A DNA stretch of 63,999 bases, the filler included, from Fonticula-like sp. SCN 57-25 (lineage: Eukaryota): assembly GCA_001724245.1 (NCBI GenBank). It is 4 parts of 4 records of this genome, joined end to end, with 100 filler letters (N's around TTAATTAATTAA, not from the genome) between each part and the next. Parts side by side here need not be neighbours in the genome. Positions count along the whole stretch, not along the records: positions 1 to 22,082 come from MEDX01000154.1; 3 more parts are not named here. One strand, written 5' to 3'. Positions 1 through 12,353 of the stretch are shown here, piece after piece (the stretch's first letter is position 1; every line of letters starts with the position of its first letter). Under the pieces are notes generated by a model. That model did not search any database, had not been told where the DNA came from, and saw only the letters and a program-made list of their open reading frames with translations. Position numbers and translations under genes: made by a program.

Positions 1-30
1 ATCCATATTGGTTTATATAATAGCATCGAA

Positions 31-1203
31 TTAAACTAGGTACGAGTTCACATTCAGACTGGTCATTTTCCCACACGCACTTTTAAAATGATCAAAGAGC
101 TCCATAGCCCTTGGACCATATGTCCAGATTTTTAGTGCGGTAGTTTGATCCAGTTTCTTTTTTAGATCTGAATACGGGTCCAGACTAACAAAAATCGTGG
201 CTAGCGCTAAAACGAATGCACGTGAGATAAACATGTCACTTAACCCCTCATAAACAGATGGATCAGGGTAAACGAGCGGTGTGAGTTCTTTCAATATGTC
301 GGCGCCTGGCTTGAGCAGAAAGGTATTTCCGCGGCGGTGAATCCAGTCTCGGAACAAATCATACAGGCTGTCCACTACCGGTATGTCTTCCACACTTGCA
401 CTGTTAAATATGTCATCCACACTTAATATGTCATCCACACTTTCACTGTTAAATATGTCACCCACACTTTCAATGCTATTGTACGTGGAGTGCTGCTTCC
501 GGTTCTTCAGGGTATCCATAATCAAATTTTGCTCCCTCCAACTATGCGAACGTTTCTTTTCCAGAACCAACACCCAATCTTGAACCAATTTATCGTAGGA
601 ACTAATGTCGAGGTCTTCAAAGTGGTCGGCAGTTGGAGAAAAGAGGTTTGTGCTACCTGCGACGATTTTGCACAACAGAGGAAAAAGTATGGCGTCGAAT
701 TCTTGACGAGAAATCCGAGACGGAAGATCAGCAAACGCGTCTCGCCTGGTTGCGGCTTCTTTCAAAACTCTCACCAGCTTACTACTGAGCAAGACATGCA
801 CCTCTGGATCAAACTTGGTCAACAGCACGACCTTGCTAGTGAGTGGTATCATCTCAAGTTTCTCCAGTGCCTCCTTTTCAGACTTTGCCCGTTCACGTTC
901 TTCCTCACGCTCGAGGGCAGAGTCGTGGCGGTCCTTCTCGATAGCATCAATTCGTAATGCCAGCACGATCGTTCCCAACCCAAGAGCTCCTGTGTAAAAT
1001 GCACTCAAGTTGGTAGCCAGCAGATCAGAGGACAATGCCATGCTCACAATGAAAAGAGCGATCATTAAAAAAAGTACCACGGCAAACGCGCAAGCCTGCT
1101 TCCAAGTAAGCCAGGAGTCCCAAGTCTCCCGCCGTGAGCAGCAGGTCCCTCGCCGTGACCTGCCGGTCGTCTTCTTGTCGACCATGCCTATCACTGTCTC
1201 CAT
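31..1203 (-). CDS. Orphan intronless protein: two N-terminal TM helices, short charged coiled coil, internal S[VA]xDIFN repeats
   Basis: 390-aa ORF with ATG. Hydrophobic runs (AFAVVLFLMIALFIVSMAL; FYTGALGLGTIVLAL) followed by an E/K/R-rich stretch. Lower GC than neighbouring genes. No family recognised. Confidence 0.55.
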   Translation of the reverse strand: METVIGMVDKKTTGRSRRGTCCSRRETWDSWLTWKQACAFAVVLFLMIALFIVSMALSSDLLATNLSAFYTGALGLGTIVLALRIDAIEKDRHDSALEREEERERAKSEKEALEKLEMIPLTSKVVLLTKFDPEVHVLLSSKLVRVLKEAATRRDAFADLPSRISRQEFDAILFPLLCKIVAGSTNLFSPTADHFEDLDISSYDKLVQDWVLVLEKKRSHSWREQNLIMDTLKNRKQHSTYNSIESVGDIFNSESVDDILSVDDIFNSASVEDIPVVDSLYDLFRDWIHRRGNTFLLKPGADILKELTPLVYPDPSVYEGLSDMFISRAFVLALATIFVSLDPYSDLKKKLDQTTALKIWTYGPRAMELFDHFKSACGKMTSLNVNSYLV

Positions 1204-1741
1204 GTGACTCTGATGTGGCCTGGGCCCTTGGGTGTGTCACCGTATGCGTGCGAGCTGTGCAGTGCTGCTGCAGTGCTGTGTGATTGGTCCATTCCAATGG
1301 ATTCGAATGATCAACTGATACCGAACTATGTCATATACCGAACTGTAATACAGTAAACCAGCAAACCTCCTCCCGACACCACATTTGGTATCATCTAATT
1401 CGCTTCGCAGCTAGCTCTCGAACGCACCCAAAGCCATCACTCCGCGACGCGTGCGCTCGGAGGTATCAGTGTGGTGCTAGAGGAGTTTTCTGTTGAGGTT
1501 GCAGACGTTTATTTTCAATTCAGTAGAGGAACACGAAGAGTAATAACAAGACCAAAGATCAACAACCACACATATGGAACACAAAAGCGACAGTATCTAT
1601 ACAGGAAAATGTGTAACTGAGAGATACGTCTGCAAGGGTCTAGAAAGACGGTGACCCAGTCGGAACTGGTTTGAACGACAGGTGATAGACAGATCGAATG
1701 CTGAGTCACAGATTGGAATTTTGACCAAATTATATGGAATA

Positions 1742-1777
1742 ATATCCATACCAGATATCCATACCAGATATCCATAA
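1742..1777. repeat. Short tandem repeat (ATATCCATACCAG) x~3
   Basis: Directly visible 13-nt unit. Confidence 0.8.
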
Positions 1778-2280
1778 ATAATCATTGTATTGATTGTGCA
1801 ACCATTACAACCACCATTGGATTAATTTTGTCAGCGTTTGTCAGCCCTCCGATCGACTCCAATCCATGACAAAAATCTGTCACCTTTCATCAACACCTGC
1901 TCCAGACTGGGACTCCATCATCCCAGACTTTTCCAGACCTTCCTCTCTATTACGTATTTATCCTCAATGACGAGACGCCTATCCGCGTGCAACCTCGAGC
2001 GACGTCCCTCCGGAACATTCAGTTCGTTGGGCGTAACTACAACCTTGTCGAGGGTTGTCCCAGAGAACCCTCGGGGACAATCGACTCCGGCTTTCGACTG
2101 CCCGATATTGACCATGTGTACTTTCACAGGCAGTTCACTCCAGACGGGCTATTCGCTCTGCCGGATTTCGTCGACGCCGTGCAGCTGCCTAGAGCTACGA
2201 GACGCCTATTCGTCGGCAACCCTACCGCCTCGGGCTAGCACGGCGACAGCAGGCCAAGGCGGCCTGTGTCGACGTGTCAA

Positions 2281-2620
2281 CAACACTGAGTATGTGCTTG
2301 CCTACATCAGCCGAGCACTATCGAAACCCGAACGCAACTACTCGGCAACCGAACGCGAATGCCTTGCGGTGAATTGGGCAATCACGACATGGGATTCCTA
2401 CCTTTACGGCCGCGAGTTTGTAGTCGAGACCGACCACCAAGCTCTGAAATGGTTACTCGCCGTCCGAAAACCAGTCAACCGACTTGCTCGCTGGGCTTGG
2501 TCGTCCCATCGGCGAGCCGATGGGCAGCAACGATTATGCTCGTCCCTAGAGGATGTCTCGGTTCGGATGTGCGTTGACTATCGCCTTCTCAAAGCACATA
2601 CCAAGCGAGACAATTTGGAT
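2281..2620 (+). pseudogene. Degenerate Ty3/Gypsy LTR-retrotransposon pol remnant (RNase H plus RT fragment)
   Basis: [24 protein letters not shown]...[19 protein letters not shown]...RLARW is the Ty3/Gypsy RNase H signature. [10 protein letters not shown] is the start of the RT domain. No full pol or LTRs seen. Confidence 0.85.
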
Positions 2621-3502
2621 GATGCCATATTAAAGAGTTGCCCATGGGAAGGGAAACGCGGCAGGTGTCGTTCCTGACAATTGCACACAGGGGAAACGAA
2701 ACAGGCACGTCAGATCAATGGGCTTCCTCTAGACGATGCCTCACTGGGATGCAGTTCCAAGAAAGCCGCCTCCAGCGCCGATATCGAAATATTCGAGTCG
2801 TCTTCCCCGTATGTTAGAATATAGCTACACTGGTATGGCATCGGCGTACCTAGCACGTCGGTCGTTGGCGATACGTTCGACGACTTTCGAATAGCGGTCG
2901 CGAGCGCTCGACGAGCTGATGCCGCAAATTGTCAGACCATTAAACAAAAAAAGTGGTCTAACGCACGCATTGGAGCAGCAGGCACCCCGACCCGCTGCGC
3001 TTCGCGCTCCAAAAGAACTCGAACGCGCTGATGACACAAGTCGAGCGGAATTTTGTACTCACTCGCAAGCGACGGCACTAAAATCCCACAGTCAGAAAAG
3101 AAAAAAATTATGCGCACAACGTACGAGTCCCGGGCGCCGTAATGTGCGCCAAGAGCAGCTTGCGGTCAATTTCCTCCGTCCACATCTCGTCGGCAGTGGT
3201 CTCATTGCTCGGGCGAGGAATCACAACGGAAAGGCCTCCCACAGCCGGCAGCGTTGGTGCGGCGCCCTCAGGACGCCGCGTAGGTATCCGAACGATGACG
3301 TGCATCTGTCGCAGATCGTCTGCGTTTTTAACTCCAAAGGCTCGCCAGACACTAGTCGAGCCGCAAGTTAATGCGCTTCCGTATGGCGCCTGCCTGCTGG
3401 GATCGAGAGCCAGTCGCAAATGACGTATGCGATTGGATTCACGTGACTATTCATCAACACCACAACTGCTACGTACATCAGACGCACATTAGAAGTTGTG
3501 CA

Positions 3503-4099
3503 ATGGCTTCGTACGATGAGGAGCACGGCGTCAAGGCGCCGCCCCGCGTGGGCTCATCGCTGAATGCGTCGTCGACATCGTCGCGCGCGACCTTTGATGT
3601 TTCTGGTTTCATGGGCGTGGGATCGCCTTCCGGTTCGGACGCTCGCCGCGACGGTTCCGAAGACGAAACGTCGGCGGATCCCGTATCCAATCTCCTCTCC
3701 CTTCTCACTGGGCTGCGAGGCAGCTTTGCGACTGGAGGCGGTCTGCTGGACGCTCTTCTTGCGGACGCGCGAGTTGGTTTTCGCGAGGGCAATCCGCCTA
3801 CGTCTGCGTCTGTCATCTCGACGCTCCCGACGCGTGCCTCCATGTCAGACTGCCCCATCTGCACAGAGAGCCTTTCTGGGGCCAAGGCTGTCTATCTGCC
3901 GTGCAAGCACAGCTTTCACAACGACTGCCTTGTGCCCTGGCTGCGCGTGCGCAATACATGCCCGGTATGCCGGCACGAGCTGCCCACCGATGATGAAGAG
4001 TATGAGAAGCAGAGGAGAGCAAAGAAGGCCGAGGAGATCAGGAAACAGTACAGCAGCGCACATGACGACGACGACGACGACGACAACATGTACGGCTAA
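3503..4099 (+). CDS. RNF181: RING-H2 E3 ubiquitin ligase, RNF181-like
   Basis: CPIC...PCKHSFHNDCLVPWLRVRNTCPVCRHELPTDD. N-terminus MASYDEEH resembles RNF181. Start taken at ATG 3503. Confidence 0.8.
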   Translation: MASYDEEHGVKAPPRVGSSLNASSTSSRATFDVSGFMGVGSPSGSDARRDGSEDETSADPVSNLLSLLTGLRGSFATGGGLLDALLADARVGFREGNPPTSASVISTLPTRASMSDCPICTESLSGAKAVYLPCKHSFHNDCLVPWLRVRNTCPVCRHELPTDDEEYEKQRRAKKAEEIRKQYSSAHDDDDDDDNMYG

Positions 4100-4374
4100 G
4101 GTAATGGACATTTTTTGCGGCTATGCGGTATCTAGATCGCAGCCCTGTGCATTGTATTTCTGTATATTTGTCTGTTTGTTTGACCCACCCATTTGTAATG
4201 AAATAAAGTTATGTAAAAATTGATTTAAAACTTTGAACTAGTGCGCAAAAACAACAGTCTGGTACGTACATGCTGCGATACCATCGAGCATGATCGATGA
4301 ATCAAAACGACTGAGAACGTAATACAATGGCCTATAATGCCGTGCACTTCATAAATCCGACTACAGTAAGTGTA

Positions 4375-7300
4375 TCAAGCCGCCACTGTTGCTTCGTCCG
4401 GCTCCTGCTTGTGGTTCTCTGCCGAATCATCGGCCTCGTCCATGCGGTCAATCACGGCGTCCCTCGTGAGCGAGCAGAACGTCGACACGTTGTTGAGGCA
4501 GCGCCTATGGATGCGCGTGCTGCACTCGACGCACTTGATGCCCTCCCTGCCGAGACCCCAGATAAACTCGTCGCAAATGTCGCAGCGCGTCGGCCGCTTA
4601 AAGTTGCGCGACTCGAACGTGTGCGACGCGATGGGGTTCGTGAGCGGGTCCATCTCCTCGAGCGCTTCCATGAGGTCCGCCTGGCGGAGCGATGAGCTCC
4701 CCGAGCTCGAGATGGCCGAGCTCGACGACGCGAGACCACCCGATCCAGACTGCCCGGGCGGGGCGGGCATCGGCGTCGCGGTCTTGGTGCCATTGCCCGT
4801 GACGTGCACAAAGCTGCCGGCACTGCTCGAGCCCTTGAGCTTGCGGCGCCGTTCCGCGGTCGTCTCCACGCCGCCCATGCGGAGAAGGCTGCCAAAGACG
4901 GCGGCCGAGGTGCGGGAAATCTTTTTGCTGAGCGTGCCAATGTCAAAGATGGCGCCGATGGAGAAGCCCTTGGCAGCCTTGTCCGCCGACGCAGAGTCCG
5001 TGCCCTGCAGGCAGGCCAGCTCGGCGCGGCGAAGCGTGTCAATCTCGCGCACCCACTCGTCGCGCGCGGTCTGCGTGCGCAGGACAAAAGTGAATGTCTG
5101 CTTCTTGCTGGTCGTCAGCACAAGGCCAACCGACGGCTCGTAGAGGCGCATCAGCTCGCGCTGCTGCCGCAAAAGATTGTCAATCATTTCAATGTTGGAT
5201 TCCGTCACGGTCGCCTCCTTGCGCGCCGTGCGCTGCGAGTCCGACTTGCTCTGCTTGTAGAGGTCCGCCATGCGAGCCGCCTTTTGCTCAATGTTGCGCT
5301 CAACGTCGCGCTGGCGCTCAAGACGCTTGATCTCCTTCATGATCTGTCCCGGATCTGCGACAAACCTGTCAGCCAATGCCGCTAAAATGAAATCATAATT
5401 GCATACCGACATCGCCGCGCAGCTCGTTCTCCACGTGGTGAATCGATGAAAGCTGGAGCAGCGGCGCAAACCACTCAAACTCGTACTCGGCCTTGGTCGC
5501 GTGCTGCTTCACACCCGCCGCGTTTGTGAGCCGAGCCGTGCACAGAATGGCGTCGTTGAACAAGAAGAGGTGACGCATTGTCCGCTCGCCGCTCGACGCG
5601 GCAACAATGTCGCCTTCGCGTACAAAACGTCTCGTTTCGGTAACAAGCGACTATCAAAGCGGTCAGTCAGCGACAACAACAAAAGCAAGCAGAGATCGTA
5701 CGGGAAAGTCGCCCGCAATCTTTGACTGGATCTCGACGACCTTGATGCGCGCGTCGGCCTCGCGCTTCTTTTCATTGATCTGCTCGGCGAGCTTGCGCAT
5801 CTCCTCGGCCGCCTTGGAGAGGGACGCAAAGTCGGGGTGCGTCGGTGGCGTCAGCTTTACAATCGGGCCAAGAAGCAGCTGGTAGCGAGGAATGCGCTGC
5901 ACCGGCGTGATAAGAAGATCGGTCAACTTGAGTTTTGACAAGGACTTTGATTGCAATTCCTGGAAACGAGTGTCAGCATGGCTGGAAAGCACAGAGCAGA
6001 GAGGCGCACCGAAATAAGCGAGACAAAGGCGCTATTCTGCTCATACTTGCGCAGCATCGTGGCCATCTTGTCGTAATTGTTCACAAAGTCCGTGTACGCG
6101 TCATAGTTGTCTCTCTGCGATGGCGTTAGAAACAAAATAACCCCATACTAAAGCGTACCAATTCTAAAAGAATGTCGCCGATGCACTGATGCATGCTCCA
6201 CCGCTGGAAGCGTTCGTCCATGCGAGCATAGATCTTTGAATGGCACTCGACGAGGTTCCTCACCTGGAAAAAGAGCGTGTCCACGTGCTTGTCCGTCACG
6301 ACATGGTTGATGGCCTTGTCCCTCATTGGCTGCTCGTAGCAGCGCAAAAGGATCAGCAGACCATCCACGTACACCTTTTCCGTATCAAAGAGCTCGCGCG
6401 CGTGCAGCGACCGTTTCACTGGAAACCGAACACGTCAGCAAATATACAAGCAAAAGTCGTTTCGTACCAATGGTCCTGTAGTTCATGCGCGCCTTTCGCC
6501 TCCGCCACACCGACTGCACGGTGATAATATTCTTGACGTCATCCGGCGTAAAGTGACGCCCGTTGAGCGTCGCGCCTGCAAACTCGCGCGGCGTCTTTGG
6601 CGTCGATATGCTGATCGGCCGCATGCGGCCCGAGTTGCGCGCCGACTTGATCGACATTGACCGGCTGTCCGAGTCGCTGCGCAAAAACGCAACGGGCGGC
6701 AGCTCAAAGTACTCGCTCATTTCCTCGGGCGGGATCGTCGGGGCGTTCGAAGGCGTCACGCGGACTCCTTCGGGGTCGGTCGAAATGGAAAGCATAGCAG
6801 CCGCGACAGCCCGCGCGCGCGCCTTGGACATGGTTGACGATGCGCGCGGCAGCGACGGGGACGCCGCGTTCTGGCCCGAAATATCAAAAGACGAGGAGCG
6901 GCCGCGGGAAGGGGCGACGCTCAGCGCAGCAGCGTCCGTCCGGATCGGCGCAATGTCGGTCTGCGCTCCACGGCCGGTGAACGACGAAACAACTGGCGTA
7001 ACAATAGAAGATTCATCTGAAACGGCTTGCGACGCCGGCGGCGGTACAGTCAAAGAAGCAGGCTTTTCCGAAACGGGCTTTTCTGAAACAGGCTTCTCGG
7101 GCTCTGCAGTTGGTTGTACGGGAGCAGGCTGGGGCGGTTCCTGAGCAGGAACGCTAGCCACTTCTGCAGGCTCAGCAGAGGAAACAGCAACTACTGGTGT
7201 TGCCTCAGCCGGTGTCTCCATGCTAGCCGGTTCAGCGTGATTTGTGGAAGGTTCAGCGGCAGGCTGGGACTCGGTCGGCGAGCCGTCGCTCATCTCGGGC

Positions 7301-7625
7301 GTCGTCGCCATATTCAAGTTCGAGTCCGTGGCTGTCACGTCCGAGGTTGGCGAGGCGCGCCCCGACGCAACGGCAGGAGTGGCAACGGCCGGCGCTGCTT
7401 CTGGCAACCGGTCAGCAACGCTAAACTTTGCGGGCAGATGCTGCGCACTGTTGATCACCGGCGGTTCGTCCTCGTGGTCGATCGGCATGCCATCCTCGGG
7501 AAGCAAGTCATCCTTGATCTGCGTCAGGCAACAAATAGGGATTCGTTAGCAACAAGTATAAGAGATGCCGGATTGCGCACCCCGAAGGGTCCCGGCGTGA
7601 GCGGCTCGTCCTCGTCGTAGTCCAT
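4375..7625 (-). CDS. Rho guanine-nucleotide exchange factor (IQ-DH-PH-C1), multi-exon
   Basis: IQ-like TVQSVWRRRKAR. DH motifs ELFDTEKVYVDGL and LLITPVQRIPRYQLLL. PH motifs RHLFLFNDAIL and RDEWVREI. C1 motif HTF...CDICDEFIWGLGREGIKCVEC...HRRC. Several short GT-AG introns; start approximate. Confidence 0.88.
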
Positions 7626-8169
7626 GTCGTCAGAGACAGGTGGCCGCCGCACAAAGTCGAGTTGTTTGGTTTAGCCTGCCTCGCCGATTCGCGGTCAGTG
7701 CAGCAGCAAGGATACGCAAAACACCCTATCGGGAACGGAACGCAGCCGGCCCCTCTCCTCTGGCTGTGCCGACGCACTGTGCTCCCCTATGAGCGGTGCG
7801 GTGTGCGATGCCAAAAGGACGCGCTCGGCAGGATCTCCAAACCGCACAAAGGAGGCAAGGAGCTATACGTCAAAAGAAGCGAAAACCCAAAAAGGTCAAC
7901 GTCGGCCCTCGAAATCGTTTCGATCCCTTGGGCAGGAGTCAAAGTAGCCACACGACCGGCGATGACGATTCGGCGCGCTCACCCACTACACTTGCCCCTT
8001 TGGCGGGTGGAAATATGCTTACTATCGAAATTCTTGCGCCTCTGATTGGCCGATTACGTCCAATGGGACAAACAACCGGGCATTCTTCACGCCTGTGACA
8101 GCCCTGTGGCCAAGTTTGCAGTTTGCGCGTTTTGCGTCACTGTTCTGTTGTACACCCACCCGCGGGTAG

Positions 8170-11100
8170 ATGGAGGATTCGGCAGGGCCAGCGCCCGAGG
8201 TGCTGAGCCTGCTGGCGCCGGCGGGGGCGGTGACCGCGTCAAGCGATGTCACCGCTACCGCCATGTCTGGTGTTGTAAGCAGTGCAACTACAGCCAAGCC
8301 AGCTGTGCCGTCTAGTGCTTTGGCACCGACGCCGATCGTCGAGAAGCGGTACTTTGGCGTAGATCTGGTCGAGCTCGCCGCTGTTTCGTCCTCGTCGGTC
8401 CCGCGCCTTTTGATATTTTTGTGCGAGATGCTGCTGCAATACATGGGATCGTGCGGCTCGCCGCTGTCGGCTCTACGAGAATGGAAAGAGTTTGATCCCT
8501 TTGAGTCGTCCGTGGATATCGCCAAGGTGCGCGCCGCGGTCGATGCGGGCGATTTCGATGCAAACATGGATCCCGCCTTGCTTTTCTATCTCCTAAAGTG
8601 CTTTGTGCGGGAGCTGCCGACGCCGATCGTCCCGCCGTCGTACTACGCCGAGGCGCTGCGGATCCCGCCCGCCCAACTCAAAAAAGGTGACGTTATCATC
8701 TGCGGAGTTTGCCTTGCTAAACTCGCTTTGTGTAGGCGTGGCGGAACTGAGCCGGAATCGGCTTTACAAGGGTCTTCGAGCGTCGCTTGGGTCGGAGGTC
8801 GATCTGCACGTGCAGCGCGTGTGGCTCGTGGCGGCGGGAAAGGACGGCGGCCGCGCAGCCCCTGTCATCAACGGCAAGATCGTCGAGCAGGTAAGAGCAC
8901 TTCAAACCGTTGTCAAAGACTTTTCCTTTTCACTTACACGCAATGTTACCGAAGTAGAAGAGGTATGTTTTTACATGCTCGTTCATTGTTTGTGTTGGCT
9001 GATATCGCCCTTGTGTTGCGTTGATAGTTGTTTTTCAAGCTACCACGTGCGCACCGCGACGCGCTCGAATACCTTGGCGTGTTTTGCAGTAAGCTGGCCA
9101 CGTCAGTTTCGCGCGACCCTTTGTCTACGTCATCGTCTTCATCCCTGACGCTCGTGCTGGAGGATCTTTCCGAGATCTTTGCGCCGTACATTCTGCGCCC
9201 GTCCCACTGGGGCCCGGCCGCCAACGCCATCCCGAATGCGCAGAGCAAGAAGCGCGAGCGCTTTCTTCAAAACCGCTTTCTTCTCCTCTTTTTTTTCTTT
9301 ATCAAAAAGAAGCACAATTTGCTGTCGGCCGACGAGCGCAGCGCCCTCGAGGACCCAAGTGACCAGGCTGTACGCCCCTTTCGATATTCATTTTCAATTT
9401 CTCACGCGCATCGCTCGCAGCACATCCAGCAGCTTTTATATGAGGCGCTGCCGATGAGTGTCATCTCGTCTGCTCTCAAGGTATCAGGTCTGTCGCCACT
9501 TCCCTCTGCGAGCACCGACGCGCCACCTTCCCCGCAGTCGTCGGCCCCCTCCTCGTCGTCCTTTTCGTCACCCGCCGCTGCGCCGCCGACCACCCCCGCC
9601 CCACGCGGCTACTACGAGTTCCCCAAGCCCGCCACATTTGACATGTCGACTTTTGAGGCGTCGCCGGTGGCGCTCTCGCAGGCCAACTCTGTCCTTGTCG
9701 ACGACTGGGACGGCGTAGAGGAGCGGGCTACCCTCGTTGACGACTGCGGATTCCTCCGCGAGTGGGCGCGCGTCAGCTACGCTGGTGAGGAGGCCGTCCC
9801 GCTGCAGGTCAGAGTGGCCGCGGCGCGCGCGCGGCGGAGTTGTGCGCTGCTCGAGCGCGAAATGGACCCAAAGGGCGCTCTACAGCAGGACGCGGCTGCC
9901 AGTGAGGCGCGCCAGGAAGACGAGCGCGACCCCAACAGCGCACCGGGACGCGACCTTTTGCGCATGTTACTCGGCCATGTGGACGAAGTGCTGGACGTGT
10001 TTGCCGCGGGCGATGGGCCAACGATAGACGACGAAGAGGATGAAGAAGCAGAGGAAGACGAAGAAGGGAATGACGACGAGAATGATGGGAATGAAGGGAA
10101 TATTGCTGAGAGTAATGATATTGATGCGAATGCGAATGAGGATTCAGGATTGAATTCGACGGATGACGTCATGGCAATGCTAAATGACGATTATTCTTCC
10201 TCTTCTTCTTCGTTGTCGTTTGCCGATTCTTCACTTCCCGCTTCTTCGTTGCGCCATCTCGCGTCTTCCGCGACCAACTATGACGCTGCGCTGACCTTTC
10301 CGCGTACACTCGAGGACAAGCCGTCGAGCAGCCGTACATTAAAATCTGCGTCTGCGCGCGCCGCAGAGGCTCAGGCGGCGGCCGCCAAGAAAGAGTGGGA
10401 AAAGGCGCAGTTCCCTTTTGACCTCGACCCCGCCGTCCTGAACGCCGACTATATTCAGCGCCCCGACGCTGCCGTACGCCCCTATAGTTTATTTGATGTT
10501 GCTCACCAGGTGCAGGCGTGCGAGATGTGCCTGACGCTTTTTGCGTCTTTTGGCGGGAGCAGGCGCGTGTCATGCGGGTACTGTGGGCGGCAGCTGTGCG
10601 CCCGCTGCTGCGACCGCACGCTTATTACGCCCGCAAAGATCCTTCAGGAGGGCTCATTTTCGCCCACAAGCATCTGCTCGTCGTGCGACGACCATTTGCG
10701 CCGTACGCCGCTTTCGATTTGTCTATCCATTCTGACACCGCACAGGCCATGTGTCCAAGCCGGTTGTTGATCTGGGGCGCATGACGCCATCGGCCGCCGC
10801 ACGCATCGGCCGCCGGCGCGTCGAGCTGCTCCTGCGCGCTCAGGACAAGGTGATGCGCGCGCTGTTTTACTATCTGATCCACGGGTGCAGCGCGCTGTCC
10901 TATTTTCTCTCTCACCTTCCCATCAATGTCGTACGTCCAAGCTTTTTTTTGCCTTTTCGCGCTGCATTCTTACCTCTTTTGCTGTATAGTCGTTTTTCCT
11001 GCCGCCGGTGGCGCAGCAGTGCGAAGGTCCGATGATCAGCCTCATTGACCTCGCGAGCCTGCAGTCGTCTCATCTCACGGACGAGATTGTGCAGGTGGCC

Positions 11101-11328
11101 GCGCGCTTGATTGCGCACCGCGACGCGTGCGTGTCATGCCGGGGCGTTGCGCACAACTGCAGCGCCGGGGTGCAGTGCAGGCGAAAGGACGAGGAGGAGG
11201 GGCAGCGGCTGCCGTTCACGTTGGACGAAAGTGTCGCCGTTTTGTGTAGACAATGTTTGCTGTTCTGCCATAGAGAATGCTACGGAAATTGGGAGCGGCG
11301 GTGCGTTAAATGCACGAGCTCTACATAG
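8170..11328 (+). CDS. RhoGAP-like domain fused to C-terminal Rubicon-homology (DEF8/PLEKHM1-type) Zn domain, multi-exon
   Basis: RhoGAP-like motifs YFGVDL, LLKCFVRELPTPIVP, KLPRAHRDALEYL, LSEIFAPYILRP. RH-like motifs CGYCGRQLCARC..LITPAKIL...ICSSC, HRDACVSC, CRQCLLFCHREC..CVKC. Confidence 0.75.
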
Positions 11329-11404
11329 GACTGTGCCTGTATTACTATCCATGTTACAATACAATTATCACACAAAAAAGACAAATATAAAACCAAAAGT
11401 GCGT

Positions 11405-12014
11405 TCACTCGTCGTCGCTGTCCCCGTACGCTAGCCCCAGCGCGTTAGTTGCAGGCGGCGCGTCCTTTGCGGCGCTCTTCGTCTCGACTGCCTTTGTCGT
11501 CTCGGCGCTCTTTGGCGCCTCCTCTGCCTTGGGCACCTTAGCCGGCGGCTCTTCCTCTGACTTTGGCGCCTCTTCCTTGCGCTTGACGCGGACGGCGCCG
11601 AGAAGCTTCTTTTGGACATCAACCTGCTTTTTCTGCTGCGTCTGCGTCTGGCTCGGCTCGTCGATGCCGGGGACGACGGGCGCCGAAGCGACTGCGCGCT
11701 GCTTCACCATGTCGCGGAACGCGTTGAGCTGATCGCGCTTCTCGCGCTCCTCCTTCTCCTGCCGATCACGCACTTGCTCAACAAACTCGACATCTTCCTC
11801 TGCAAGAGTGTAGATTTGGTTCTTGAACGCGTGCGCCGCGTCCCACTCCTCCTGCTTGGCCGCCTTGTTCTGCGCAAGCTGGACATGAAGGGGCTTGATA
11901 CTCCCGTCGGGCAGCAGATCATGCCGTACTACGCGCCATGTTAGACTCGGCATAGAATCAAAAGTGGTACTCACCAAGAGAGGGGTTGAGCATCCTTGCC
12001 TGCTCAAACGCCAT
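11405..12014 (-). CDS. PSME3IP1: PSME3-interacting protein / FAM192A / NIP30 family
   Basis: KPLHVQLAQNKAAKQEEWD..FKNQIYTLAEEDVEFV and C-terminal LGLAYGDSDDE. One 5' intron inferred. Confidence 0.75.
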
Positions 12015-12353
12015 TTCGCGCGTCTCGCGCTCTTTTACGACGTCATTCTCGGTCACAAAGCTGCGCGAAAGGGTGAGCGGCGCCCGCGGCTCGAGCTCGT
12101 CGGGTTCCATGACACACAGTGCAAACTGACATGCAAACTGGATCCATGCAAACGATTTCAGGTGAAGGCAATGTAAAAAGTGGTTTCTGTCAGTGCAAAC
12201 TATGCAGGAAATACAGTAGCACTAGTGCACCAAATATTGTATATTTAAATTAGGCCAAAAGTATCATCTTTCACCAAACATAATCGAATAGCACATGACA
12301 AACATCACTGCCGCCATCGCCATTCTCAGTATCAAAAACACGCATTTATCGCA

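Noticed and set aside
2745-2800. Minus-strand EYFDIGAGGGFLG resembling a SAM-binding motif I
   Set aside because: Closely bounded by stop codons with no other methyltransferase motifs; likely chance.
10500-10700. FYVE domain call for the Cys cluster
   Set aside because: Lacks R[RK]HHCR; the TPAKIL motif and downstream Cys pattern fit the Rubicon-homology domain better.
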